Assembly: GCA_004764695.1 (NCBI GenBank)
Contig: SMSO01000032.1
Location: forward strand, 2,852,001 to 2,916,000
From: Schizochytrium sp. TIO01
Taxonomy: Eukaryota > Protista > Bigyra: Labyrinthulomycetes
Direction of reading: 5' to 3'
DNA length: 64,000 bases
The notes beneath the pieces are model-generated. The model was not told the DNA's origin, did no database searches, and was given only the letters and a program-made list of their open reading frames with translations. Positions 13,842-26,577 of this stretch are shown piece by piece (position 1 is the stretch's first letter; every line of letters starts with the position of its first letter). The position numbers and the translations under genes were made by a program.

Positions 13842-15372
13842 ATGATGTTCTCTCTGCGCAAGGCTGCCAGCCGCGCTGGCGCCGGCCGCCTTCAGGTGGC
13901 CCGCATGATGTCCACCAGCCAGACCCTGGCCCCGAGCGACCTCAAGCTCGAGAAGTACGGCATCAACAACAAGTCCGCCACCGTCTTCCACAACCTCTCC
14001 TACGAGGACCTCGCCAAGCACGAGCGTGATGGCAACGAGGGTGAGGTCACCAACGCTGGTGTCGTCGCCGTCGACACCGGCATCTTCACCGGCCGCTCCC
14101 CCAAGGACAAGTGGTAAGTCAACCTTGATATTATTCTGATTTTTATGCATGCACAAGCAGCAGCAACCAGCAGCCTGCGTCTCTTCTCCTTCTTCGACCT
14201 ACTCAACCAAAGATACGCCCGCGTGCGTGCGTGCGTTCAAACGACTACGCCTGCATCCACCCAACCGCCGCCGTTCGGTCTGTCTCTTGGACCGCGACGT
14301 TGACGTTGGCGCTGCCGTTCTGGTCGGTGTCCAGGATGGATACAGACAGATCGATCGATTGCAAAGGCGACTTCTAAGATAGACCTTACTAAGGAAAGGG
14401 ACGCTTGGATAAGGATGAGGGAAAAGAGGGAGAAAGACGCGCACGTTGGTGCCTGCATCCTTATTCCCTCTTTCTCCTCTCTCGTCTGGACTCCAGTCGA
14501 ATCCGTGGGTCGCCGAACACGAGACGCTAGCTCGCATTCCGAGTGCCACGCGTAATGCGCTCCGCACGGCGAAGAAGGAGGCCAAGGACCCTTCCTTTTG
14601 TCTGTGGGCTGAGGCACTGGAAGATGAAGGTGCAAAGATACGCCTACGAGTAAAAGGAAGAAAGAGAGGGTTGGGTAGGAGTGCCCTAGGTAGTGTTAAG
14701 GAATGGTGAATACTGACTGGTACATTTGTGTCATGATTGTGTGCGAAATGAAAACAAACAAACAGGATCGTCAAGAAGATGCCCTCCGCTGAGCACATCG
14801 ACTTCGGCGCCGTCAACCAGCCGGTGAGCGAGGAGATCTTCGACGAGCTCTACTCCAAGGTCGTCGACTACTACAGCGGCGTCGACAAGATGTACGTGAA
14901 CGACCTCTACTGCGGTGCCAGCCCGGCCTCCCGCCGCCCGGTCCGCTTTATCACCGAGCTCGCCTGGCAGGCTCACTTCACCCGCAACATGTTCATCCGC
15001 CCTGAGACCAAGGAGGAGACCCAGAACTTCGAGCCGGCCTTTACCATCATCAACGCCTGCAAGCTCTCCAACGAGAAGTGGAAGGACCAGGGCCTCAACT
15101 CCGACGTCTTCGTTGGCTTCAACATCGAGAAGAAGGTTGCCATCATCATGGGCACCTGGTACGGTGGTGAGATGAAGAAGGGTATCTTCTCCATGATGAA
15201 CACCTGGCTTCCCCTCGAGGGCACCCTCGCCATGCACTGCTCTGCCAACAAGGGCAAGGATGGCTCCACCGCCCTCTTCTTCGGTCTCTCCGGTACCGGT
15301 AAGACCACCCTCTCTGCTGACCCCAACCGCGCCCTCATCGGTGATGACGAGCACGGCTGGGATGACCACGGT

Positions 15373-15405
<33 letters not shown>

Positions 15406-16179
15406 ACCATCAACCTCACTGAGGAGAACGAGCCCGAGATCTACCGTGCCATCAAGGCCCCCGGTGCTCTCCTCGAGAACACCACCATCAAGAACGGCGA
15501 GGCCGACTACTTTGACACCAGCAAGACCCAGAACGGTCGTGTCAGCTACCCCATCGAGTACATTGAGAACTACGACAAGGACCAGATGGGCGGCCACCCC
15601 AAGGATGTCATCTTCCTGACCGCTGATGCCTTCGGCGTTCTCCCCCCGGTCTCCAAGCTCACCGGCGACCAGCCCATGTACCACTTCCTTTCCGGCTACA
15701 CCGCCAAGGTCGCCGGTACCGAGCGCGGCGTCACCGAGCCCACCGCCACCTTCAGTGCCTGCTTCGGTGCTGCCTTCATGACTCTTCCCCCCGCCAAGTA
15801 CGGTGAGCTCCTCGAGAAGAAGATCGCCAAGCACAACACCAACGTCTACCTTGTCAACACCGGCTGGAGCGGTGGCAGCGCCACTTCCGGCGCCAAGCGC
15901 ATGAGCATCAAGGACACCCGTGCCTGCATCAACGCCATCCTCGACGGCTCCATCCTCGACGCCGAGTTTGTCACTGAGCCCCACTTCAACCTCCAGATCC
16001 CCAAGGCCCTCGGCAGCATCAACCCCAAGGTTCTCAACCCCCGTGAGGCCTGGACCGACAAGGAGGCCTACGACAAGACCGCCGACAAGCTCGCCAACAT
16101 GTTCATCAACAACTACAAGCAGTTTGTCAAGCCCGGTCTTAAGGACTTCTCCGCCGGTGGCCCCCCCAAGAAGAACTAA
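13842..16179 (+). CDS. PCK1: Phosphoenolpyruvate carboxykinase (ATP), two exons join(13842..14113,14766..16179), 561 aa, probable mitochondrial presequence
   Basis: Exon 1 ends with [12 protein letters not shown]; splicing TG|G restores W-I-V-K-K-M in frame. Exon 2 has the ATP-PEPCK motifs [25 protein letters not shown] (P-loop), [18 protein letters not shown] and YLVNTGW. Strong C-ending codon bias. Confidence 0.97.
14114..14765 (+). other. Spliceosomal GT-AG intron of PEPCK (652 nt)
   Basis: Donor GTAAGT at 14114, branch-like TACTGAC at 14711-14717, acceptor aaacaaacaaacAG ending 14765; removal joins the two PEPCK ORFs in frame. Confidence 0.93.
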
Positions 16180-18848
16180 ACTGAGTCTCTCGGTATCACA
16201 ATTGCCTCCGCTGCAATCACTGTTAGTAACCCACCATTGCAATGATGGGCCCTATCAATGAGCATTGACTGGCACTCCCACTCACTTGCTTCTTCATTCC
16301 CTTTTTTATGATCATTCAAATCACCAACCTACTCAACCACTGCAACGTCCCTTATAACTTTCAAGCGATCAAGATGTCCCACACAATGGTCACACAAGGT
16401 GCTATCATGAAATCACAAATTGATAGGCCATAGTGACCAGGAACTCGTTGTCGCCTGTTCTTTACGACGACATTCCCCTTCGCTGTCTATCAGCACCTCT
16501 TCGTAGCAAAGATAACATCATAGCGATCCATTCTTTAGCACTGTGAACTTTTTTGTTTCTGTCTTCTCTCTCGCCCTTTCTAACTAAGAGTTTGTTCTGT
16601 AACTTGCAATGACGAACCTTAAACCCCAATCACTGATCCTTCTATTTGACTTCAAATGACATGTATACATAGGTTGATGGTTTGGTGTTCAGTGATGATG
16701 TTCTTGGAGAGGCAGCTTTTAGTTCTACTTTCTTAGTAACTTATCGTGTGCCGCAACTGACGACCTGCCTGGTGATGACCACTACGTCACTTCAAGCATA
16801 CCTCTGTGCTTGATTTTTCGTTCCTAAGAGTCAATCTGTATCAAGCTGGTCTTAGCAGGGTTCAGATCATCTGACGCTGGCCTCAAGGTATACTTCTAGA
16901 GATGGATGGTTAGTCGTGAACCCATTACTACGCGCGTTATCGAGGACATTGAATCAACATTAGCATCTGTCTCTCTCTTTTAACAAGTCAATTTTACAAA
17001 AACAAAATATATTCAATCATACTTCAGAACTCGTAGGATTTGGGATAAAGATTGCCAAGGCCCTGGCACTAACACTACTAGCACTACCTCATGCAAAGTA
17101 AAGTTTGTGAAACAGAAACACACATAAGTAAAGAAAAGAAAAAAAAAGCCTAGACAAATGTCTGACACTCAGTCAACTGTGAGTCCACAGCTTTAAGTCT
17201 CTCTGAGCTACTGGCACACGACATGTCGAAAGCATATTTGTTCGTTCGTGTAAGTCCTATGCCTCACACCTTCAGAACTTACACTAAGCAAGTACTGAAC
17301 AACAAATAAAGAAATACCAGGCTGAAGTTGAAGTTGCAAGCCCATTAGTATGGATGGGTCTAATGGGGAACAGAGACAAGGAATACAAAACATATCTCAT
17401 GAGAAGACTGTGTTCTATAGTAGGTAGGATGTGCCTAGGCTAACCCTAGGATTTGTCATGGTGTTCTTCCTCAACATATCTGATAGACACTGTCCGAAGT
17501 CACGCTCTGTCATTTTATATAAATACATATGAATAAGCCACGTACGCTTCGCCGAAATCTCGAAGCAAAAACTCGACCCGGCTATCATAATGCTGATGAT
17601 GGTCCCTTGCCAAGGAAGCATTTTAAATATTGACCAAGATATTGGAAAAACAGCTCAGGCAGACTGACTGTGCATTGCTGGTTGTATGAATCTATTAAGT
17701 AAGCATTGGATCCTACACGACTCACTTTTTATACAAAGCTGGCTAAGGAACAACCGCAATCATAGCTCATAGGTAATTGAGCAAGCAACAATATGGTTTC
17801 AATCTTCTTTCTTTTCTAACGAATTATATAACTCAAATTAAACTGCACGGGCAAGCAGCCATACTTGGAAAGTGGTGATTGTCCATATCTTATCTTTTCT
17901 TTTTTCTAGACAAGTAATCAAGACTTTTTCACATCGTGTAATATTAAAGGGGTACTAGAGAGATGCAACGAGAGATTGCGGCCTGCGTGCATAGCAATAA
18001 ATATAATCGAAAATTACGAGGTTCGCTAACTTGTCTTTATTCAACCTACTTGATTTGTCTTTGAAACGCGAAATGTTCGTGCATCCTTTAGGCTCTTTAA
18101 TGAAACAATATCTATGACAAGGATTCGACCTTTTAAAGAAGAATAGTCATTAAATACTACTCTCTATTTCATCTAGATGTACGACTCGGGTAGTTTCTCT
18201 CAATAGAGAATGGGATGTCATTCTTTTTTAATTTGTCACATCTTACCTCCGAGTGCTTGTTCATGATCAGGTCCCATTTTTGGTTCATGCTGTGGTCTGT
18301 CTTGTAACCTTTCAGATATCGTTTCATCGCAAGCAAGTCTTTCCAGGTGATAGTGAGATGATACTTCGACAGTTTACTTCATCACAACTTTCAGTGTTTG
18401 TAGCGACACAAGTTGTACTATGGCGCCCTTTAAAGAGTCTCCTATGTTATTATATCAATCTAAAATAGTCTCCCTCTACTGACGCGTGTAACAAAAAGGC
18501 GTTCAACAAAAAGTGGATTTGTGAAGCGTTTCAAGCGTCCTTGTCCGAGCGCACTGCTTTCACTCGCGCCTTGTCGTTCTCGGGAGTCCGTGCGTACCTC
18601 ATGTTGAGAGCTCACGCGTGGTCTGCCGCTAACAACATCAGAAACGAAGAGTTGCATCCTGCACATGTAAACTGCTCAAGCCCAGATTCCACGGCCAATT
18701 CGACCTTCATTAGGGGCTATCTATGTCTTATTATAGCAGTTTGGCCTCTCTGTTCGGCTCAAGAAGACACACCTCAAGTTACTGTGAGTACGCACTCCTT
18801 GGCGAGCGTGCAATTTCTCAATTTCCGTGCGAGCGCGAGGCAACGAAG

Positions 18849-21357
18849 ATGTCCTCATCGTCATCAGGCGGTGAGCGACGCAGGTCCAGCGTGCGAAAGC
18901 TCCTGTCGCCTCTAGTGAACTCCGTAGGAGACCGCATCTCTCTTAAGAGACGGAGACGTCGTGAGGCATTATCGCAGCTCCTGGAGACATGGATCCAGGC
19001 CCCAACAGGTGGTGGCCCACACGGCGAGCAGCCTGACAGCCTTAAGGACACTTTAGATATTGAGGAAAGTGAGTCTGGTCGAAGAATGCGCGCAGCACGA
19101 AAAGAAGCTGCCAACCGTATTATGAAGAACACACAACTTGTGGAGGAGAATACCTTGCGAGGAAATATCGAACTCAGTGATCTCGAACACCTTGACTGTT
19201 TGCCCGAATTCATTTATGTTGTTGAGGGCAGTCTTGACGTAGAGGGTTGCATAGAACTCATTGCTCTGGGAAATGACTTAAGACTCATTACTGGGAACCT
19301 GAATTGTCTGCGATGTACAAGCCTTGCCGAACTTCCACCGTTCTTGCAGGTTGAGGGCTGGGCAAATTTTGGTCGTTGTCGCGCACTTAAGGTTATCCCT
19401 GACACTGTTGTGATCAAGGGTTGGACCTCCCTACATGGATGCTCATCACTGCAGTCCCTTGATGATCTATCTGAAGTAGGTGCGTCTCTCAGACTTTACC
19501 AATGTCTTGCTTTACGGACGCTAAGACATATCCATGTTTCTGGAGATCTGGACGCCTCTGCGTGCGCCTTGGAAGCACTGGAGGGCGTTGAAGTGGGTGG
19601 CCATTTAGACCTCAGTCAGAATCACAACTTACAGGTCTTGCCTTCTGGCACTCTACGGGCAGGGTTTTCTAGGCAAGGTTCTGATGGCGATACACCTCAT
19701 CCCCACGAATTCACAATTAATTTGTCAAACTGCGACATTCGTTCACTTCCTCCAAGAAGCCTCGATATATGCGACGGTGGGGGGCTTGATCTTTCTGGGA
19801 ATGCTCATTTGGACTCAGTTAACGACCTTGGGTGTACTGTTGGAAAACTAAACTTGGCCAACTGTTTTAACCTCCGACATTTAGATGCCAACGTATCCGT
19901 ACTGTGGACAATTAACCTTACATATTGCACTCAACTTCGTACACTGCCACCTCGCCTACATCTTCGTGGAGACTTAACGCTCAATTTTTGTGCTTCTTTA
20001 CTGGATTTACCAGACGATTTGGTTGTGGATGGCGATCTAGAATGCACAAACTGCCACGCGCTTGCTCGTGTGGGTACTGTTCAAGTTGGTGGAAGGGCTA
20101 ACTTTGCACACTGCAATGCACTACATACGCTTGAGCGTGGGGCGCATTTTGGAGATTCAATTATTTTGGAGCAATGCGTCTCACTGCTTCGTCTTCCAGA
20201 TGACTGGACTCATATTTATGGCGACTTGTCATTACGCTTTTGCAGTGAGCTTGTTGAGCTTCCTGCGCAATTGCAAACTGTGGATGGCCATGTGGACCTC
20301 TATGGCTGCACTCGACTTCGTGAAGTCCCTGAAAACCTCGTTGCAGTTGGCGGACTAACAGGCTTTTCGTCAACTGGAGCACAGGGCACGCGACTTTGGT
20401 CTTTGGAGGAGGCCGTCGTATTCTGGACGCAGGATCCAAATGGTGCTTTCGCCAAGCGCAAGTCAATAAGCAAAAGAAAATCAAGTCGACGCCTCAAGGA
20501 GCAGGAATGCTCTCGGATGGCAGAAGCAGTCCGTGCAGAGCCTGCTTACGAGCGAGGCATAGTTATTTTCCTTGATAAGCTCCGTCATACAAAAGACTAC
20601 GAGCTAGCTCCTGATGTGGTACACGCGCAAGTTCAGGAAGCCTTCCGTATTGTCGAGGAAGATCCTCATAGCGACACCGCGCAAGCAATTCTGATACGCA
20701 TGAATGATGCTGTCAACGCTTGTCATGATAAACCAGCATGGGCTCTCTCACAATTATATGCTCTCTCCTTAGTGGTTCGCGCACGTGGGGATAGCGTACA
20801 GCTGAGGCAGATTGGGTTGCGTATAATGCGACTTGGTATGGTGCAAAATGCAGCCATGGACCTTGTTCAAGCAGATCGTACATTGGACGATGTCTCGGTT
20901 ATGCTTGACTTGGAGTGTGAACTAAAAGATAGGCCTTGACCTCCCAGTCCTCGTGAAGGATTTCCTCTTCCGGAAACTGAGCAAGGTGGACCCTTCTGTT
21001 GTTAAAGCGATTTGTGACCAAGTTCTTGCTGTTTCAGATTCCCAATTCGAGGTTTGGCTTGAAGCTTGGCCCGAGTGGCAGCGTCAATTGCGTCAAGAGG
21101 TCGCCGTACAACTAAAGTGGGAGGACCTTCGCGCAGTCGAAGCTTCCAAGTCAGATTTGGATGATGCTGTCAACATGGTCGGGGATCCTGTACGTCAACC
21201 TGTTCGTCTACAGGGTCTCGGCAACGACATCCTCGACTTCGACGACGTCACCGAGCACTGGTTATCCACTGGTCGTGCTCTTACGGTATCGCAGGATGTT
21301 TCACCGCAGATCTTTCCCCAGATCCTTCAAAGGCTTGTACCCGCCGCTTCACCGTAA
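18849..21357 (+). CDS. Leucine-rich-repeat + NEL-type E3 ubiquitin ligase (IpaH/SspH2-like), broken by a 1-nt frameshift near 20934 (assembly error or pseudogene); alternative start 18723
   Basis: Many LPxxLxVxGxLxLxxCxxL repeats, then FLDKLRHTKDY...DAVNACHDKPAWALSQL (CxD, Cys codon 20721-20723), LGLRIMRL-like GLRIMRLG and DDVSVML. Removing one base gives LKDRLDLPVLVKDFLF...WLEAWPEWQRQL, matching the IpaH NEL domain by recalled alignment. Confidence 0.85.
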
Positions 21358-24300
21358 ACTAATTTTTGCCTTACGTTGTTTACAACGCTTCCGGGTAAAC
21401 AACGCCAGAGGTACCCGCAGTCCGCGTGCGTGCCCAACAAGAGCCTCTCGGCTTGCTTAAACGAGGTGCTGGAGTCACTCGGATCCAGTGTAAGGGCCCA
21501 GAGTCCTGTGCAGTAGATCTGCCCAACCACAGTTACCCCACGCTTTATTGAGGCGCTAGACGCAAAGGCAGTCCAGTTTCTTTCGCTCCTCCCCTCAGGT
21601 CCAACGAACGGTGTCTTGTCCTGCTACGCGTCGGAGTGTCAGCGAGGCGACAGATCGAGCTGCAGTCCAACCAGGACGGGCTTTTGCTTTACCATCTCAT
21701 TACCCAGACTGGCGGAACATGCCAAAAATCACTCCCTCCAAGTGAACCCCCCCCCTAAGAATATGCCCATACTAGAAGAAGCAAAGCTGTAGAGAGCGGC
21801 AAGTTAAAATAAGCAAAGCAAAGCAAAGCAAAGCAAGCAAGCAAGCAACCTCTGTCGTTATTAGCTGTGCAACCCACACAACCTCGCTGGGTGCTTCTGC
21901 TTCGCGCCCGTTGGTGCACTTGGCAGCCACAATCGCGTCTCGAGCTTGTGTGAGGCCAGCGGGTGCTAGTCTTGGGCGTCTTACTGGCAGGCAGCCCACA
22001 GAAGAACACAGACATTGATTGCGGAGTGACTTCCCGCTAGCCTGTTTCTGGCACCGTCGTCGTTGCTGCCAAAGCGGTAGGCAGGAACCTCGCTAGCGTA
22101 GCGAGTGGGTGAGTGACCTCTGAGGAGGCGCCAAAGAAAGTACTAACATTCGCAGCTCCGATGTGAATGTACACCATATTCGACGATGGTGCATGTGCAC
22201 CGCTTGCCAACAATATATGACTAACTAACTGACTAATTAACTATCCCAAGGTGTGCGATACGATGCGAGGTAGGTAGGACCTACCTATCCCAGCCTAGCA
22301 CCTGCAGACCTTGCTTTGATTGCATTTCGCACATCGTTCATCCACGAATCCAGAGATCGCAGTGCAAAAAGCTGAAGCTTTCGGAGGCTTCGCTCAGGCC
22401 GGCTTAGGCGGGTTGGTGACCAGCTCCTGGTGGGTTTCGCGATCTCCGCTTGGAGAGAGCGAGAGCGTCGTTGTCCTCACTGGCCACCGTGAAAACTCCG
22501 CGCCGAGCGATGCCGAGACCGGCGCCGAGGGATCTCTAGCAGCCGCTAGCCGACTACTAAACAGGCACCTACCCTGGGTCCTCCTATTTCTGGCTTCCTT
22601 CCTTCCTTCATTCATTCATTTGATCTTAATTTGATTGATTGATTCATTCATTCATTCATTGATTCATTCATTCATTCGATTTTAATTTGATTGATTCATT
22701 GATTCATTGATTCATTCATCGCTTAACTCGCCAAAAGCCATCGATTGCTCAGTTTTCACTTCTGCCATTCACATTTTTAACTTTTGGAGCGCCATATTGC
22801 GAGCCAGGCCTGGAGAAGATGGCACGTGGCACTTCGGGTCCCACCGGCCGCCCGCTAGCCTCCTCTACCCCAAACCTTAGGACTCACAGGAACTGCGCGG
22901 CCAGCAGAACAAGCGCCAGCGATCGATGCCTCTCTCGTCAGGACATCGGCCGCTCGCTTCGAAGCGCACCGGCCTCCCTCCCCAGAGCCTCCCCTTGGCC
23001 CTCGAGGTCCCTTCAAGCTCACATCGCCGGCCGCGAGCAAAACGAGAGGGCAGAATACCGCAACGTATCGCAAAATATCGGAAACCATCGCATTTCCTGC
23101 GCCGGCGCACGGTGAGAAAGAAGAAGCTAAGCTAAGGCTAAGCGGGTGGGTAGCATATACACGACCCGGTGGCGGCAGAGGCAGGCTAAGGGTGGAGATG
23201 CGCGGGGTCGGGTGGGGGAAGCGGCAGGGGCTAGAAATGGCATTACGAGACGAGAAAAGGTCGGGAAGCGGAGCTGGCGCAAGGCTGGAGGAAACGAAGC
23301 GCGACCCGCGAGGAGCTGGAGGAAGGCGGAGGAGGAAGGCTCGAGAGGCTGGCTTTGGGCAAAGGCGCCTGCTTTTACGCCGGCTGATTGAAGTACAGGC
23401 GAGAGCTCAAGTTGAGATCTGTTTGTCTATTAGTTAGTTAGTTAGTTTGTTTGTTTGTTTCACTACTTTCTGAAGAACATGTTTTTAATGTTTTAAATTA
23501 AATTTTTATTTTAAAAAAAATTAAAAATTAAATCAAAATCTGTCAATATTTTAAAACTGAAAACTTAAAAAGATTCGCAGAAAAAATAGAAGAAAAAACA
23601 TGAAAGAAGGAGAAAAGGCTAAAGAATAAAGCTTTGCGCTCTATTTTTGATGTTCAAGTGATGGACGGCGAAAAGCGAAAGTGCTCCTTTCTCCACAGGA
23701 AGGAGGAGATTGATTGGGCACCCACAGAAACGAATAAACTACAGGACCTGCAGAAACAGGGGAAAGCGCGGGTGGATGGACAGACAGACAGATGTCAAAC
23801 AAAACGAAGAAACACACCAATACACAGACAGACGGCACCAGGGCGTGGAAGGCTTGGAGCTTGCGGAGCGGCCGGTGTCGAAGAACCCGAGTCGCGGTTG
23901 CCAGGAAAGAAGACAAGAAAAGGCAGAAAAAGGGAAAAAGTTATCGGGAAAGCAAAAGTGGTCCTGAGTGACGGAAACGCTCACGAGCAGAGAAAGCAGT
24001 TTCTTGCATCAAACAACAGCCACCCGTCGTCCTCAACGCTCGCGGCTTGGCGCGAAAGCGAAACACGGACAGCGGCGATCGCCTAAAACAAAGCTGCCCT
24101 TGCCTGCAGGGAGGCCGCCGGCGCCACGAAGCCTTAGCGCCCACGCTCGCAGAAGCAAGCGGGCAGTAATTTAATGCGGCGACGAGCGTGCATTCGTTCG
24201 AGCTGGGGCTCTGCGGATACCGCCTTTCGAGGCAGCTTGAAGCATAGGCGTGAGTCCGCGGAGGTAATAAGGGCAATACCCGGTCCGGAATCATATTGCT

Positions 24301-25459
24301 CAAAGAAGTCTTAAGAAGGCAACCTGAGACTACTGGGAGAAGAGTGGAGCGGTGAGTTCCACTATGTCGACATAAAGAGAGACCAGCACGTGCCGCCCAG
24401 GTCAAGCGGAGCTGAGTGGCGGGCAGACAGAACCTGGAGTCCCGAGGAATCGATCGAGAACGCCTTCGCAAGATCTTCGGGAGTGCGACGCAGCCCGCCT
24501 ATAACCAGCTGAATAACTAACTAACTAACTAACCAAGTATCTAGCCCAGGCCTGCGGCGGCTCTGCGAAGCCCTCGAGGCCTGACGGCCGTAGGAAGGAG
24601 GCCTGGACTCCGGCGCCGCATAGAGCCCGCTCGCTCGCCTGGAGTCGTAATGGCAGGACCCCATGGTGACAGGGCGGGAACCAGGAGAGTAGGGCAGCAG
24701 GAAGTTAGTTAGTTACAAAGCGGAGCGGAGAGAGGCAAAGTGTCAAGCAGAGGAAAGAGAGGAAATTGGGGGGCATCCATGGAGTCCTCGCACAGGGCTG
24801 GACTCGAGCAGGAAGAAGCAGCGGCTGGGGCGGTGGTGCTCAATTCGAGTATGGGAGATAATCGCACTGTACCCCCCTCGGGTGCGCGGGAGATAGGGGG
24901 AAATTAGGGGGGAGCGCGGGGCGGGCACGGAGTCTGGGAGGATAGAAGAGACGAGATCGCGCACCGTGCCCCCAGGGCGCAAAGCGGGGAAAAAAACGCG
25001 AAAGCAGGAGAAGGAAGGGTCTTTCAGAGGCTGCGCGGGTTAGTCGCGCATAGTTCACTTGCGCACGAACAATAGAGCGCTGTAGGCGGGAATAGGCCAT
25101 TGTGAGGGCGGCGCCTCACAGTAGAGAGATGCTTGCAGCCAAGTGAGGTATCGGCGGCTTTTTCTCCGTAGCTACAGAAGAACGACTCAGTCTGTGTAGG
25201 AATGAATGAACGAATGAATGAATGAACGAGTGATTGAAAAACTGAAAGAAGGAATGAGGAACGAAGGAATGAATGGACTACTCGAAGTTGAAGCAAAGAA
25301 ACCACCGCCGCAGAAGAAAGAAACAGACTGCGGATGGGTGTACGGATCGATCAGCGGAGAACGCGCTTCCCACCCTCCCACGATTCAATCGAGGCTGACG
25401 CAAAACCTATGAAGGTACGCAATGTACTACAGATTGCAACTTGAAAAGAAGGCTTTCTT

Positions 25460-25494
<35 letters not shown>

Positions 25495-26577
25495 CTTTCA
25501 TTCATTCATTGCAATCTTTTTCCAGATATTGATTGCTGCACTCACTTCTGCAGAGGAAGTTAGCACTTACCTACTGACCTGCTATGTGCATCACTTAACA
25601 CACCCATCATTTCGTTGTGGGGAGCCTATCGTTGATTCAATTCGTGCCTGCCTTGAGGGGTGCTAGGTAAGAGGTAGGTGGGGGCTAGCAGGGACTCTCT
25701 GGTTTAACTTTAAAAAATATTTTTTTATTTAATTTAAAAAACAAGAAAAAGAGAAGAAATGAAAGTTAAGCCTTCCTTCTGAGGCTGTTTTCTTAATAGA
25801 AAGTTTATATGATGGGATCATGAACAAAGTGCGCACTGTATGTTTTGTCATAGTTTATAGAAGAAGTTGTTACAAATGAAAACTTTTTCATAAGTTGGTA
25901 TAGACAGGGGTTAGGGGCAGCTATGGGATACAGTAGGGGTACAAAAGCCACTTTTCGCGTCCGGTGCGGCAGAAGGGCAGGCACAAGTGGAGTATGTAAA
26001 ATGCACAAGTGAAGTATAAAGGAATAATGCACTTGTGGGAGCATAGTCTACTGTATCGCCATGGAGACAAGTAGGTTATAGGGCAGCAGGAGACTTCGCG
26101 CTCAGAGCGAAGACAGAACTCGAACGAGGAGCAGCGGCGCCGCAGCAAGCGAACGAACGAACGAGCGTGTGAGCGAGCGGAGGCAGCAAGCCTAGCTCGA
26201 AGCCCAGCGCGGTATCAAGCGAAGATAGCGAGCGAATAGAAGACGAAGGACGAGGCGTCGTGCTGGCAAGGCGTGGAGAGATCTACGATCGAGTGATTGA
26301 TTGATTGATTATCCATCCATCCATCCTTACTCGTCTCTGTTTAGTTTCTCTTTGTTTCTTACTTCCTTTGTTGTTTGATTATTCTTTTTTGCACATCAAT
26401 CGAAATAATTGATTGATCGATCTGTTGTTGACTTGACAATTGATCTGGGCGAGCGAGTGACTGTGCTGCTGCCTAGCATTGCTGGAATTGGACGCAATAG
26501 GCTCTGACTGGCAGGAGTCCTTGAGGCGCGAGCAGGAACAGTAGTGCTTTGGTGGAAGGTCTAGACGGGACTCGCAC

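Noticed and set aside
14731-16242. 503-aa antisense ORF over PEPCK exon 2, and overlapping alternate-frame ORFs
   Set aside because: Shadow of the strong C-ending codon bias, which removes antisense stops; the V/G/L/D-rich translation has no motifs.
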